Below, one piece after another: positions 45,137-54,601 of a DNA stretch of 64,000 nt (positions within the stretch are counted from its first letter, which is position 1; each line of letters starts with the position of its first letter). The position numbers and the translations under genes are program-made. The stretch spans positions 8,756 through 72,755 of the forward strand of contig JBAQLU010000241.1 in assembly GCA_049302065.1 (NCBI GenBank), read 5' to 3'. A model generated the notes under the pieces. That model was not told the DNA's origin. It did not search any database and worked only from the letters and a program-made list of their open reading frames with translations. This DNA comes from Thermodesulfovibrionales bacterium (GTDB lineage: Bacteria; Nitrospirota; Thermodesulfovibrionia; Thermodesulfovibrionales; SM23-35).

Positions 45137-48058
45137 ATGAAAGACCAGGCAAAGACAAAAAAGCAGCTTATCGAAGAATTAGAGGCGCTGCGCAAGCAGG
45201 CGGAAGAGGCGCTTCACGCTTTATCCTCGAAACAGGAAGCAATTCTTGCTGCAGTACCGGACATCATCATGGAAGTGGACGCAAACAAGGTTTACACCTG
45301 GGCGAATCATGCAGGCAAGGAGTTTTTTGGTGAGGATGTTATTGGCAAGGAAGCCGCTTTTTACTTTGTAGAAGAGCAAAAAACATACGATATAGTGCAG
45401 CCTCTTTTTAAAGGCAATGAAAACATAATCTATGTAGAAAGCTGGCAGCGAAGGAAAGATGGCGAAAAGCGCCTGTTAGCCTGGTGGTGCAGGGTGCTCA
45501 AGGATGACCGGGGAAACGTAACAGGGGCGCTTTCCACAGCGCGCGATATCACCGAGTCCAAGCATTATGAGGAGGCGCTTAGGATTAGCGAAGAGAAATA
45601 TCGGTCGGTAATCGAAAACCAAACTGAACTCGTCTGCCGTTTCAACCCTGATGGGACCTTTATATTTGTCAATGAAGTGTTTTGTCTTTTTTTTGGGAAA
45701 ACAAAAGATGAATTAATCGGGAACAAGTGGTTTCCTCTGCCTGTTGATGAAGACATCAATATTGTCCAGGAAAAACTGCTTACATTATCCCCGACAAACC
45801 CAATTGTTATTATTGAAAACAGAGTGGTTTCCTCCAAAGGAGATATCCATTGGATACAGTTCGTCAATAGGGGATTTTTTGACCTTCATGGAGTTCTGCT
45901 GGAAATTCAATCAGTAGGACGCGACATCACCGAGCGCAAACAGGTAGGGAAGACGCTACGGATGAGTGAGGAGAGATTCCGCATTTTATTTGAAAATATA
46001 CCATTAGGAACGGGGGTTGCAACATTAGAAGGCAAAGTACTGGTCTATAATGAATCCCTGGCGAAAATAGCCGGATACACAAAAGAGGAATTTCTGAACT
46101 TTAATATAAGAAATTTATATCAAAATCCTGAAGATCGGGAACCACTCCTGAAACAATTACAGAGCAATGGATATGTCAGAAATTATGAGATTATATTTAA
46201 ACGTAAAAATGGCACATCCTTTTATGCAAACCTTACCATAGACTTAATTGCCTTTGATGGTGAAAAGGCCCTCCTGACTGTGGTTGAAGACATCACCGAG
46301 CGCAAGCTGGCCGAGGAGTCGATGCGGGAGAGTGAGCTGAAATACCGAAAGTTGGTGGAACTCACCCGGACTGGATTCCTCATCCTTGACCACAGGGGCT
46401 CAGTGATCGATGCGAATAATGAGTATGTCCGGCTGACAGGGCATCATGCCCTCGCCGAAATCGTCGGGAGGAGGGTAATTGAGTGGACAGCAGAGTATGA
46501 GAAAGAGAAGAACACCATGGCAATAGAGGAGTGTATGCGCGTCGGCTATGTCAATAACCTGGAGATCGATTATGTAGACGGGCAGGGGCGTATTACACCC
46601 ATCGAAATCAATGCCTTCATGGAAGGTCAGGGCGAAACACTTCGTATAGTCTCTCTCTGCCGCGATATTACAGAGCGCAAGCAGTCGGAAGAGCAAATAT
46701 TAATGCTGAATACAGAGCTTGAACAGCGTGTAGCAGACCGCACTGCCCAGCTTGAAGCCTCTAACAGGGAACTGGGAAATGAAATCACAGAACGAAAGAA
46801 AAAAGAAGAAAAGATTAAGGGCCAAAATATCCTGCTGGAAGGGATCAACTGGATCGTAAGGGAGGCATTAACAATTGAAACTGAGGAAGAATTATCAAGT
46901 CAATGTCTTGCTATTGCCGAGGAATTAACCGGGAGTAAATTCGGTTTTATCGATGAATTAAACGAAGCAGGCACAATAGATAATCTTGCATTCTCTGATC
47001 CTGGGTGGGCTGTTTCCGGGGTGCCGGACACTAACGCACCAATTCTGTTGAAAAATATTCCTGTTCGCGGAATACATTCCGATGCCATAAGAAAAGGCAT
47101 ATCGGTGATTGTCAATGACCCTGCTTCGCACCCTGACAGAGTTGGGTTACCTGAAGGACATCCTCCACTTACAGCATTTTTGGGAGTTCCGCTGAAACAG
47201 GGGGAGAAAGTCATTGGTTTAATCGGTCTGGCTAACAAGGAATCAGGGTATGACGCAGAGGATCAGCAAAATATTGAAATGATATCTGTTGCTTTTATTG
47301 AAGCCTTAACCCGCATACGGTCGGAAAACATTATCAAAACTCTCAATAAAGAGCTTCAGCAGAGCGTAGATGAGGTTTCCCATGCAAACAAGGAGCTTGA
47401 AGCATTCTCCTACTCCGTCTCCCACGACCTGCGTGCACCCCTGCGTGCGATTGACGGATTCACGGAAATCCTCCTCAGGGAATACAGTCCAAAGCTTGAT
47501 GATGAAGGGAAAAGGATATGCTCTGTAATCACCGGGAACTCGAAGAAGATGGGGCAGTTGATCGATGAACTATTATCGTTGTCGCGTCTCGGCCGTACAG
47601 AAATGCATTTTTCTTCAATTGATATGAATGACCTGGCAAATGCAGTATATGATGAACTTACCACACCGGAGATGCGGCAGCGGATCGATTTCTACCTTGA
47701 CGATTTAAAGAAGGCGTCCGGTGATCCAATATTAATCAGACAGGTGTGGATGAATCTGATAGCGAATGCGATAAAATTTACTTCACACAATGAGCAGCCG
47801 GTTATTTCGATCACACGAAGAGAGGAAGAAGAACAGACAGTGTTTTGTGTCAAAGATAACGGCGCAGGGTTTAATATGCAATATGCGGATAAACTCTTCA
47901 AAGTTTTTCAGCGCCTGCACAACGAGAAAGAGTTCGAAGGCACCGGCGTGGGGCTTGCCATTGTGCAGCGTATTATTCACCGGCATGGCGGTAAAGTATG
48001 GGCCGAGGGAGAAGTGGACAGAGGGGCGACATTCTGGTTTTCGATACCAAATAAATAA
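45137..48058 (+). CDS. Multi-PAS / GAF sensor histidine kinase
   Basis: 973 aa. N-terminal coiled coil, at least four PAS modules delimited by 'DITE(S/R)K' linkers, a coiled-coil, a GAF-like region, H-box 'FSYSVSHDLRAPL', and HATPase_c motifs 'NAIKF', 'DNGAGF' and 'GTGVGLAIV'. Confidence 0.9.
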   Translation: MKDQAKTKKQLIEELEALRKQAEEALHALSSKQEAILAAVPDIIMEVDANKVYTWANHAGKEFFGEDVIGKEAAFYFVEEQKTYDIVQPLFKGNENIIYVESWQRRKDGEKRLLAWWCRVLKDDRGNVTGALSTARDITESKHYEEALRISEEKYRSVIENQTELVCRFNPDGTFIFVNEVFCLFFGKTKDELIGNKWFPLPVDEDINIVQEKLLTLSPTNPIVIIENRVVSSKGDIHWIQFVNRGFFDLHGVLLEIQSVGRDITERKQVGKTLRMSEERFRILFENIPLGTGVATLEGKVLVYNESLAKIAGYTKEEFLNFNIRNLYQNPEDREPLLKQLQSNGYVRNYEIIFKRKNGTSFYANLTIDLIAFDGEKALLTVVEDITERKLAEESMRESELKYRKLVELTRTGFLILDHRGSVIDANNEYVRLTGHHALAEIVGRRVIEWTAEYEKEKNTMAIEECMRVGYVNNLEIDYVDGQGRITPIEINAFMEGQGETLRIVSLCRDITERKQSEEQILMLNTELEQRVADRTAQLEASNRELGNEITERKKKEEKIKGQNILLEGINWIVREALTIETEEELSSQCLAIAEELTGSKFGFIDELNEAGTIDNLAFSDPGWAVSGVPDTNAPILLKNIPVRGIHSDAIRKGISVIVNDPASHPDRVGLPEGHPPLTAFLGVPLKQGEKVIGLIGLANKESGYDAEDQQNIEMISVAFIEALTRIRSENIIKTLNKELQQSVDEVSHANKELEAFSYSVSHDLRAPLRAIDGFTEILLREYSPKLDDEGKRICSVITGNSKKMGQLIDELLSLSRLGRTEMHFSSIDMNDLANAVYDELTTPEMRQRIDFYLDDLKKASGDPILIRQVWMNLIANAIKFTSHNEQPVISITRREEEEQTVFCVKDNGAGFNMQYADKLFKVFQRLHNEKEFEGTGVGLAIVQRIIHRHGGKVWAEGEVDRGATFWFSIPNK

Positions 48059-48066
48059 AGTGATGA

Positions 48067-48453
48067 GTGGTGAGTACATTAAAATCGTATTGTAACTTCA
48101 TAGTTTGGCAGAAATCAATAGAATTGGCAAAAAAGATATATGCATTGACACATCTCTTTCCAAAAGAAGAAATGTATGGACTGACTTCTCAGCTTAGGAG
48201 GGCGAGCGTATCAATATGCTGCAACATCGCTGAGGGACAGGCACGAAATTCCACGGGAGAGTTTAAGCAGTTTCTGGGTATTTCGAAAGGCTCCCTGGCA
48301 GAGCTGGAGACATTGTTGCTTCTGAGACCCTTAATAACAGGGGAGCATATGGGAGTAATTATGGATTTATTATCTTTTTGTGATTCTTCAGGGAATTGTA
48401 TGTATATATCCCCCACTTTCGCAAAGAAGCCACTTTGTTCCCCACTTTTTTAA
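48067..48453 (+). CDS. Four-helix-bundle protein (23S rRNA intervening-sequence / 'S23 ribosomal' family)
   Basis: 'FIVWQKSIELAKKIYALTHLFPKEEMYGLTSQLRRASVSICCNIAEGQARNSTGEFKQFLGISKGSLAELETLLLL' is the family signature. GTG start. The C-terminal ~45 aa look atypical and read into a family-B repeat. Confidence 0.7.
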   Translation: MVSTLKSYCNFIVWQKSIELAKKIYALTHLFPKEEMYGLTSQLRRASVSICCNIAEGQARNSTGEFKQFLGISKGSLAELETLLLLRPLITGEHMGVIMDLLSFCDSSGNCMYISPTFAKKPLCSPLF

Positions 48454-48472
48454 AGGGGGGTGAGGGGGGATT
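48441..48472. repeat. Left inverted repeat flanking the DUF559 gene (family-B module, reverse orientation)
   Basis: cccacttttttaaaggggggtgaggggggatt. Its reverse complement matches 48828-48860 at 29 of 32 positions (hand count). Confidence 0.8.
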
Positions 48473-48481
48473 ACTAAAACA

Positions 48482-48829
48482 ATGCTGTTTTACAACACCA
48501 GGTTGAAACAAATCTCAAGACAACTTAGATCAAATATGACCGATGCTGAAAAGCTTTTATGGTCAAGGCTGAGGGCAAAACAACTGAAAGGCAGACAATT
48601 CTACAGACAAAGAATAATAGGAGATTATATTGTTGATTTTTACTGTCCCAAAGCAAATCTTATTGTTGAGCTTGATGGAGGTCAACACTATACTGATGAA
48701 GGGATAAAGAAGGACAAGATGAGAGACAATTATATAGGGAAGCAAGGATATAAGATATTGCGATTTTCTGATAGAGAAGTATTTGAGAATCTTGCAGGAG
48801 TGATTGAAAGAATATATGGAGATTTGTAA
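48482..48829 (+). CDS. DUF559 endonuclease-domain protein (Vsr-like fold)
   Basis: 115 aa. 'ISRQLRSNMTDAEKLLWSRLRAKQLKGRQFYRQRIIGDYIVDFYCPKANLIVELDGGQH...DKMRDNYIGKQGYKILRFSDREV' is the DUF559 signature. Confidence 0.85.
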   Translation: MLFYNTRLKQISRQLRSNMTDAEKLLWSRLRAKQLKGRQFYRQRIIGDYIVDFYCPKANLIVELDGGQHYTDEGIKKDKMRDNYIGKQGYKILRFSDREVFENLAGVIERIYGDL

Positions 48830-48860
48830 TCCCCCTGCATCCCCCTTTAAAAAAGTGGGA
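48828..48860. repeat. Right inverted repeat flanking the DUF559 gene (family-B module, forward orientation)
   Basis: aatccccctgcatccccctttaaaaaagtggga. It overlaps the DUF559 stop codon. Confidence 0.8.
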
Positions 48861-48953
48861 ATTAAAAAAGGACTATAATAAAATGGGAATTGAAAATGAG
48901 AACTTTAGTAAAGTGGGATTAAAAGAGAGCCCTTTTTAAAAAGAAAAGTCCTG

Positions 48954-51548
48954 ATGGAAACGCCATATCGTGTCCTGATTGTTGAAGATTTGCCTGCAGA
49001 TGCGGAAATAAACGAAAGGGCAATATAAGAGGTATTGACCCCGTGCGTCTTCGAACGGGTGGAAACTGAAGCAGATTTCCTGAAGGCTCTTGATGAGTTC
49101 AAACCGGACATCATCGTTTCGGATTATTCAATGCCGTCTTTCGACGGCATGACTGCCCTGAAATTAACATTGAAAAAAACGCCACTTACTCCTTTTATAA
49201 TTGTGACCGGTTCGATGAATGAAGACACCGCGGTTGACTGCATGAAAGCCGGCGCCACCAACTATGTTATTAAACAATATTTAAAGCGACTGGGGCCGGC
49301 TGTTCTCCACGCCATGGAAGAAAGAACGATTCGCCAGGAACGTTTACAGGCACAGGAGGATCTGAAGGAGAGCGAACAAAGATACAGCACTATGGTCAAT
49401 TCCTCCCCCAATGTGGTCTTTGTACACAGGAATGGTGTAGTTCTTTATATCAACGAAATTGGGGTAATCTTATTAGGATATTCCAGAGATGAGATTATTG
49501 GAAAATCAGTGTTTGAATTTCTTGCAGATGATTCAAAAGAGTTGGCTTTGAAAAATATGCAGCGAAGAATGGCCGGGGAGAATGTTGAGAATTATGAGAT
49601 AAAGGTAATTTCTAAATTCAAAGAGATAAAACACTTCCTTGTGAACGTCTCTATCATAACTTATGAAAAGGAAAAGGTTTTTCTGGTTATTCTGTCTGAC
49701 ATAACCGAGCGCAAACAGGCTGAAGAAGCGCTGCGTGCATCGGAAGCAGAGCTTCATGATAACTACTTTATCCAGGCTACGATCAACATGATTCTAAGCG
49801 AATCACTGGAAAATATACCATTAGAGGAAATCTTACAAAAGTCATTGAATATGATACTTTCAATTCCATGGATGGCCTTTGAATCAATTGGTAGTATATC
49901 TCTCGTGGAAGATGACGCAGATGTTTTGGTGATGAAAGCTCAAAGCAATCTTCACGAACCTATAACAAAACTATGCATGCGAGTTCCTTTTGGAAAATGT
50001 CTTTGTGGAAAGGCTGCGCAGACTCAAAAAATTGAGTTTGCCGACCACATCGATGAACGTCATGAAATCTGCTACGAGGGAATATATCCCCACGGTCACT
50101 ACTCTGTGCCCATTTTGTTCAGCGGCAGAACGCTGGGAGTCCTGAATATCTATTTAAAAGAAGGGCACATAAGAGACAAAAAAGAGGAAGAATTCCTGCG
50201 CACCGTTGCCGATACACTATCAGGAATCATTATGCGCAAAAAGGCAGAGAAAAGGATTGAGTATCTTGCCTATTACGATGCATTGACAGGTCTTCCCAAC
50301 AGGAACCTCTTTCTTGACAGGTTGAAACAGGGGATATACAGATCAGAACATACTTCAAAGATTGCTGCAGTTTTAATCACAAATATTGACAGGTTCAAGT
50401 CTATAAACGATACCTACGGAACTGAGGTTGGGGACAGTGTTTTAAATGAAGTTGCAGGAAGGCTCTCGACCGCTGTCCGAAAAGGAGATACCGTTGCACG
50501 TCTTGGGAATGATGAATTTGGAATAGCGCTTCTTGATATCGGCAATCTTGACGATGTCATTCCGGTCATGGAGAAGATCATGAAGTATATATCTCATCCT
50601 TTGAAGGTTGGCAGCGATGAAATAGCATTGACTTTTAGCACCGGCATCTCAATATATCCTCATGACAGTAAAAATCCGCAAGATCTCTTAAAATCCGCAG
50701 GATTAGCGCTTGGGATAGCAAAGAAAGAGGGAAGGAGAACCTCCCAGTTCTACACCGAAGATTTAAATATTAAGGCATCAGAATTTTTATTGATGGAAAA
50801 GAACCTCTACAATGCTATTAAGAATGAAGAATTCTTGCTTCACTACCAACCTTACTGGGAAATAAATACTCAAAAGATGGTCGGCATGGAAGCCCTTATC
50901 AGGTGGAACAGTAAGGATATGGGATTAGTCTCACCGGGGAAGTTTATTCCTGTGCTTGAAGACACGGGGATGATTATAGAGGTTGGAGAATGGATTTTAA
51001 GGACAGCCATGAGACAGGTGAAGGAATGGCAGAACAATGGATATCCTGTAGTTCCCGTCTCTGTGAATATGTCATTAGTTCAGTTCAGGCAAAAGAATTT
51101 GGCAGAGATGGTTAAGAAAATAATGGGAGAATGTGGTTTTTATCCATCACTTCTTACCCTGGAGATAACAGAAAGCGCCTTCATGCAGGATATAGAATTT
51201 ACCAGATCGGTGCTTACGGTAGTGAAGGGAATAGGGTGTTCAGTATCTATTGATGATTTTGGGACAGGGTATTCATCTTTAAGCTATCTCAAGAGATTCC
51301 CGATTGACAATCTGAAGATTGATATATCTTTTATCAGAGAAATGGTGAAAGATCCTGATTCTGCCTCAATCGTCGTGGCTATTATTAATATGGCACACAC
51401 CCTGCAGTTAAAGACCATTGCAGAAGGGATAGAAACCGAAGAGCAATGGAATTTCCTGCGCCTTCTAAGATGCGATATGGGGCAGGGGTTTTACTTGAGC
51501 AAACCTTTGCCTGCAGAGGAAATGGAAAGGTTCTTCAAACAGCAATAG
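48954..51548 (+). pseudogene. Response-regulator receiver - PAS - GAF - GGDEF(degenerate GNDEF) - EAL protein interrupted by an in-frame TAA at codon 25
   Basis: ATG 48954 gives METPYRVLIVEDLPADAEINERAI-TAA(49026-49028)-EVLTPCVFERVETEADFLKALDEFKPDIIVSDYSMP..., a continuous receiver domain across the stop. Downstream are PAS, GAF, 'RLGNDEF', then EAL motifs 'EALIRW', 'DDFGTGYSSL' and 'QGFYLSKP'. The ORF track restarts at TTG 49035. Confidence 0.6.
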
Positions 51549-51689
51549 ATATTTAAATGGGTTTGAAGACAATAGGAATAAATCATTCATTAGTGTCTAT
51601 CATTTTTCATAATTTCTGATATAATTTGATTGAAAATAAAGCTGAGTACATTTTAAGCCCTATCTGTTTTCAGACAAGGGAGGTGAAGC

Positions 51690-53153
51690 ATGCAGCGTAA
51701 ACGTATAGGTGAACGTCTTATAGATGCTGGTCTTATTACGCAGGAACAACTTCAAATTGCACTTCAGGAACAAAAAAAGACCGGGGAGCTCATAGGAGCC
51801 ATTCTCTATGGTAATGGGTTCATAAGCCAGAAAGACCTCTTCACGGTACTTTCAATGTCATACAGTGGTGAATACACAAAAGAAAAAGAAGAGGAAATGG
51901 ATCTTCCACGTGATATAACTGATATTGTAAGGCAAAGCCGTGCAGTCCTGAGAACAACCGTTCGCGATGCTGAGAAGATCTCTGATATATCAATGGCGCC
52001 TGTCGTACGCCTCGTTGAGCAGATAATCATTACAGGGATGAAGAAGAGGGCTACTGATATTCACATAGGCCCTGATGTTAAGGGGACACGCATACGGTAC
52101 AGAATTGACGGCCTGCTTCAGCATGCAATGTATCTTCCCAAAGATATGCTTCCTGCAATTGTCTCAAGAGTTAAAATCCTTGGGGCTATGAATATTGCTG
52201 AGAGCAGAATACCTCAGGACGGTTCAACAGAATTTGTATGGGAGACCAAGGTCTTTGACATCAGAATTTCTACATTTCCTTTGACAGGAGGTGAGAACAT
52301 TGTCATGAGGATACTCGATAAATCCCAGCTTCTCCTTGGACTTGAGAACCTGGGATTTCTCGGGGATGATATAGAAACACTCAAAAAGTCACTCAGCGTA
52401 CCCTACGGAATGATCATCGTTACAGGGCCGACAGGCTCAGGCAAAACAACAACTCTCTATTCTGCACTCTCTACAATCAACAGCGTTTTTAAGAATATCT
52501 TCACAATCGAAGACCCTGTGGAATATCAGCTCCCGCTGATAAGACAGTCACAGATTAATGTTAAGGCAGGGCTCACCTTTGCTGCGGGGCTGCGTTCTAT
52601 TTTAAGGCAGGACCCTGATGTAATCCTGGTAGGTGAAATGAGGGATATGGAGACAGCTGAACTTGCCATACGGTCGGCCCTCACAGGTCATCTTGTTTTC
52701 ACTACTCTCCATACTAACAACGCAGCCTCAAGTTTGCCGCGCCTTATAGATATGGGAGTTGAACCGTTCCTGCTCGCCTCAACCATTGACACTATCATTT
52801 CCCAGAGACTTGTCAGGATACTTTGCAACGAATGCAAAGAAGCATATTCCCCCACCAGTGAGATGAGAGAACGCATAGGGGTTACAGTCCCTGAAGATGC
52901 GGTTTTTTTCATGGCTAAAGGATGTAAAGAATGCAATGATACTGGATACAGAGGCAGGACAATCATATATGAAATCATGAAAATGAATGAGTCATTGAGA
53001 AAACTTATTCTTACAAAATCCGGCTCAGACACATTAGCTGCTGCTGCAAAAAAAGGCGGCATGGAACCTATGTACGAAATAGGAATCAAGAAAGTAATCC
53101 TTGGATTAACATCCCTTGAAGAAGTGATCAGCACAACAAGGACCGCTTACTGA
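51690..53153 (+). CDS. Type II secretion / type IV pilus assembly ATPase (GspE/PilB family)
   Basis: 487 aa. N-terminal GspE-N domain ('LIDAGLITQEQLQIALQEQKKTGELIG'), Walker A 'GPTGSGKTT', 'VGEMRD', His box 'TLHTNNAAS', and tetracysteine 'CNEC...CKEC'. Confidence 0.9.
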   Translation: MQRKRIGERLIDAGLITQEQLQIALQEQKKTGELIGAILYGNGFISQKDLFTVLSMSYSGEYTKEKEEEMDLPRDITDIVRQSRAVLRTTVRDAEKISDISMAPVVRLVEQIIITGMKKRATDIHIGPDVKGTRIRYRIDGLLQHAMYLPKDMLPAIVSRVKILGAMNIAESRIPQDGSTEFVWETKVFDIRISTFPLTGGENIVMRILDKSQLLLGLENLGFLGDDIETLKKSLSVPYGMIIVTGPTGSGKTTTLYSALSTINSVFKNIFTIEDPVEYQLPLIRQSQINVKAGLTFAAGLRSILRQDPDVILVGEMRDMETAELAIRSALTGHLVFTTLHTNNAASSLPRLIDMGVEPFLLASTIDTIISQRLVRILCNECKEAYSPTSEMRERIGVTVPEDAVFFMAKGCKECNDTGYRGRTIIYEIMKMNESLRKLILTKSGSDTLAAAAKKGGMEPMYEIGIKKVILGLTSLEEVISTTRTAY

Positions 53154-54349
53154 TGGCTTATTTCAATTACAGGGCAATCGATGAGAATTCCAGAGTCATT
53201 AAAGGGAAGATAGGGGCTTCAGATGAAGATGACCTTGAACAGATACTCCGTGCCAACGGTCTCATATTGCTCGAAGCAACAAAAAGCACATTTGTTTTCT
53301 ATCGCAAGCCGAGACTGAGCGAAAAAGACCTTGTCAACTTCACCTATCTTCTGAATTTAATCCTGTCTTCAGGCGTTCCCCTGATGAGCGGTTTAAATCA
53401 GATGGCAAAACAATCTGCCAACAGGAGAATAGCAACAGCAGCTTCTTTCATACAATCCAAGCTGGAATCAGGCAAGTCGATCTCAGGTTCGATGTCGGAA
53501 TACCCTGAACTATTCCCTCAATTCTATATAAGCATGGTCAGGGCAGGTGAAGTTTCCGGTAATCTGGAACAGGTACTCAATGACGTGATGGCTTACCTTG
53601 AATGGCAGATCAAATTGAAAAAAGATGTCAAAGCAGCGCTCGCATATCCGGCAATTGTATTGACTGCTGTTGCCTTTCTTATTGCTATCTTGTTCATTTT
53701 TATTATGCCTAAGTTTATGAAAATACTCGCTGATTTTAAGGTTGGGCTGCCTCTGCCTACAAAGATCCTCGTTTTTATAGTCGGAATCATAAAAGGTTAC
53801 TGGCCTTTGATACTCCTGGGTTTGATCTCAACTCCTTTTATTTTGAGAATTTTATATGGCACTTCGGCTGGAAGAAGGATCATTGACATGTTTTTCCTCA
53901 AACTTCCTCTTTTTGGTGAACTCGTCAGGAAACTCAACCACTCAAGGTATTTCAGAACTTTTGCAACGCTCTTCAGGTCAGGGCTCAATATGAATGAAAT
54001 ACTCAGGGTATCTTCTGATGTCGTAAATAATACCGTTATTGCCGCTTCTTTCTATAAAGTGACAAATGCTGTGCTTGGAGGCGATCAGTTAAGCAAGGCA
54101 TTAAGAGATTCAGGAGAGTTTGCACCGCTGCTGGTCAATATGGTCGAAATCGGGGAACAAACAGGAACCCTTGACAACACCATTCTCAGGATAAGTGACG
54201 TATATGACAGGGAAATCCCGGAGACCATGAAGAAGATTTTTACAATCGTTGAGCCTTTAATCATTATCTTGCTCGGGGGGCTTGTGCTTCTGACAGTAGC
54301 ATCTTTTTTCCTGCCTCTCTACAAAATAATCGGCGGAATCCGGAGATGA
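53153..54349 (+). CDS. Type II secretion / type IV pilus platform protein (GspF/PilC family)
   Basis: 398 aa with duplicated GspF domains and three TM helices. Its start overlaps the ATPase stop. Confidence 0.9.
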   Translation: MAYFNYRAIDENSRVIKGKIGASDEDDLEQILRANGLILLEATKSTFVFYRKPRLSEKDLVNFTYLLNLILSSGVPLMSGLNQMAKQSANRRIATAASFIQSKLESGKSISGSMSEYPELFPQFYISMVRAGEVSGNLEQVLNDVMAYLEWQIKLKKDVKAALAYPAIVLTAVAFLIAILFIFIMPKFMKILADFKVGLPLPTKILVFIVGIIKGYWPLILLGLISTPFILRILYGTSAGRRIIDMFFLKLPLFGELVRKLNHSRYFRTFATLFRSGLNMNEILRVSSDVVNNTVIAASFYKVTNAVLGGDQLSKALRDSGEFAPLLVNMVEIGEQTGTLDNTILRISDVYDREIPETMKKIFTIVEPLIIILLGGLVLLTVASFFLPLYKIIGGIRR

Positions 54350-54418
54350 AGACTAATATCAAAAGGATTTTTTACTATAATGGATAACCCGCCAGCAGAT
54401 TTTGGGGTTATAAAATAT

Positions 54419-54481
54419 GTCATTCTGGCTTGTCCAGAATCTTTTTCTATAGAAGAGAGATTCCCGACAAGCGGGAATGAC
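54419..54481. repeat. Family-A MITE-like palindromic repeat (left flank of pseudopilin gene)
   Basis: gtcattctggcttgtccagaatctttttctatagaagagagattcccgacaagcgggaatgac. Its arms are identical to the copy at 55555. Confidence 0.85.
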
Positions 54482-54510
54482 TAAAATGACATGAAAATAT
54501 TATTTAATAA

Positions 54511-54587
54511 AATCCCCCTCTATCCCCCTTTTCCAAAGTGGGATTTAAAATATTCCCCTCTTTGGCAAAGAGGGGTTAGGGGAGATT
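54511..54587. repeat. Family-B repeat element
   Basis: aatccccctctatcccccttttccaaagtgggatttaaaatattcccctctttggcaaagaggggttaggggagatt. It is translated as the spurious N-terminus of ORF 54491..55495. Confidence 0.8.
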
Positions 54588-54601
54588 TTAAAAAATTCCC
54601 G

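Noticed and set aside
48067-48453. Avd-like four-helix-bundle protein as part of a diversity-generating retroelement
   Set aside because: There is no reverse transcriptase, no template/variable repeat pair and no target gene nearby. This family also occurs widely as stand-alone genes.
54491-54601. N-terminal 37 residues of the pseudopilin ORF (MKILFNKIPLYPPFPKWDLKYSPLWQRGVRGDFKKFP)
   Set aside because: This stretch is the translation of a family-B repeat. A class III signal peptide needs a short leader, and TTG 54602 gives a 13-residue leader ending in Gly.
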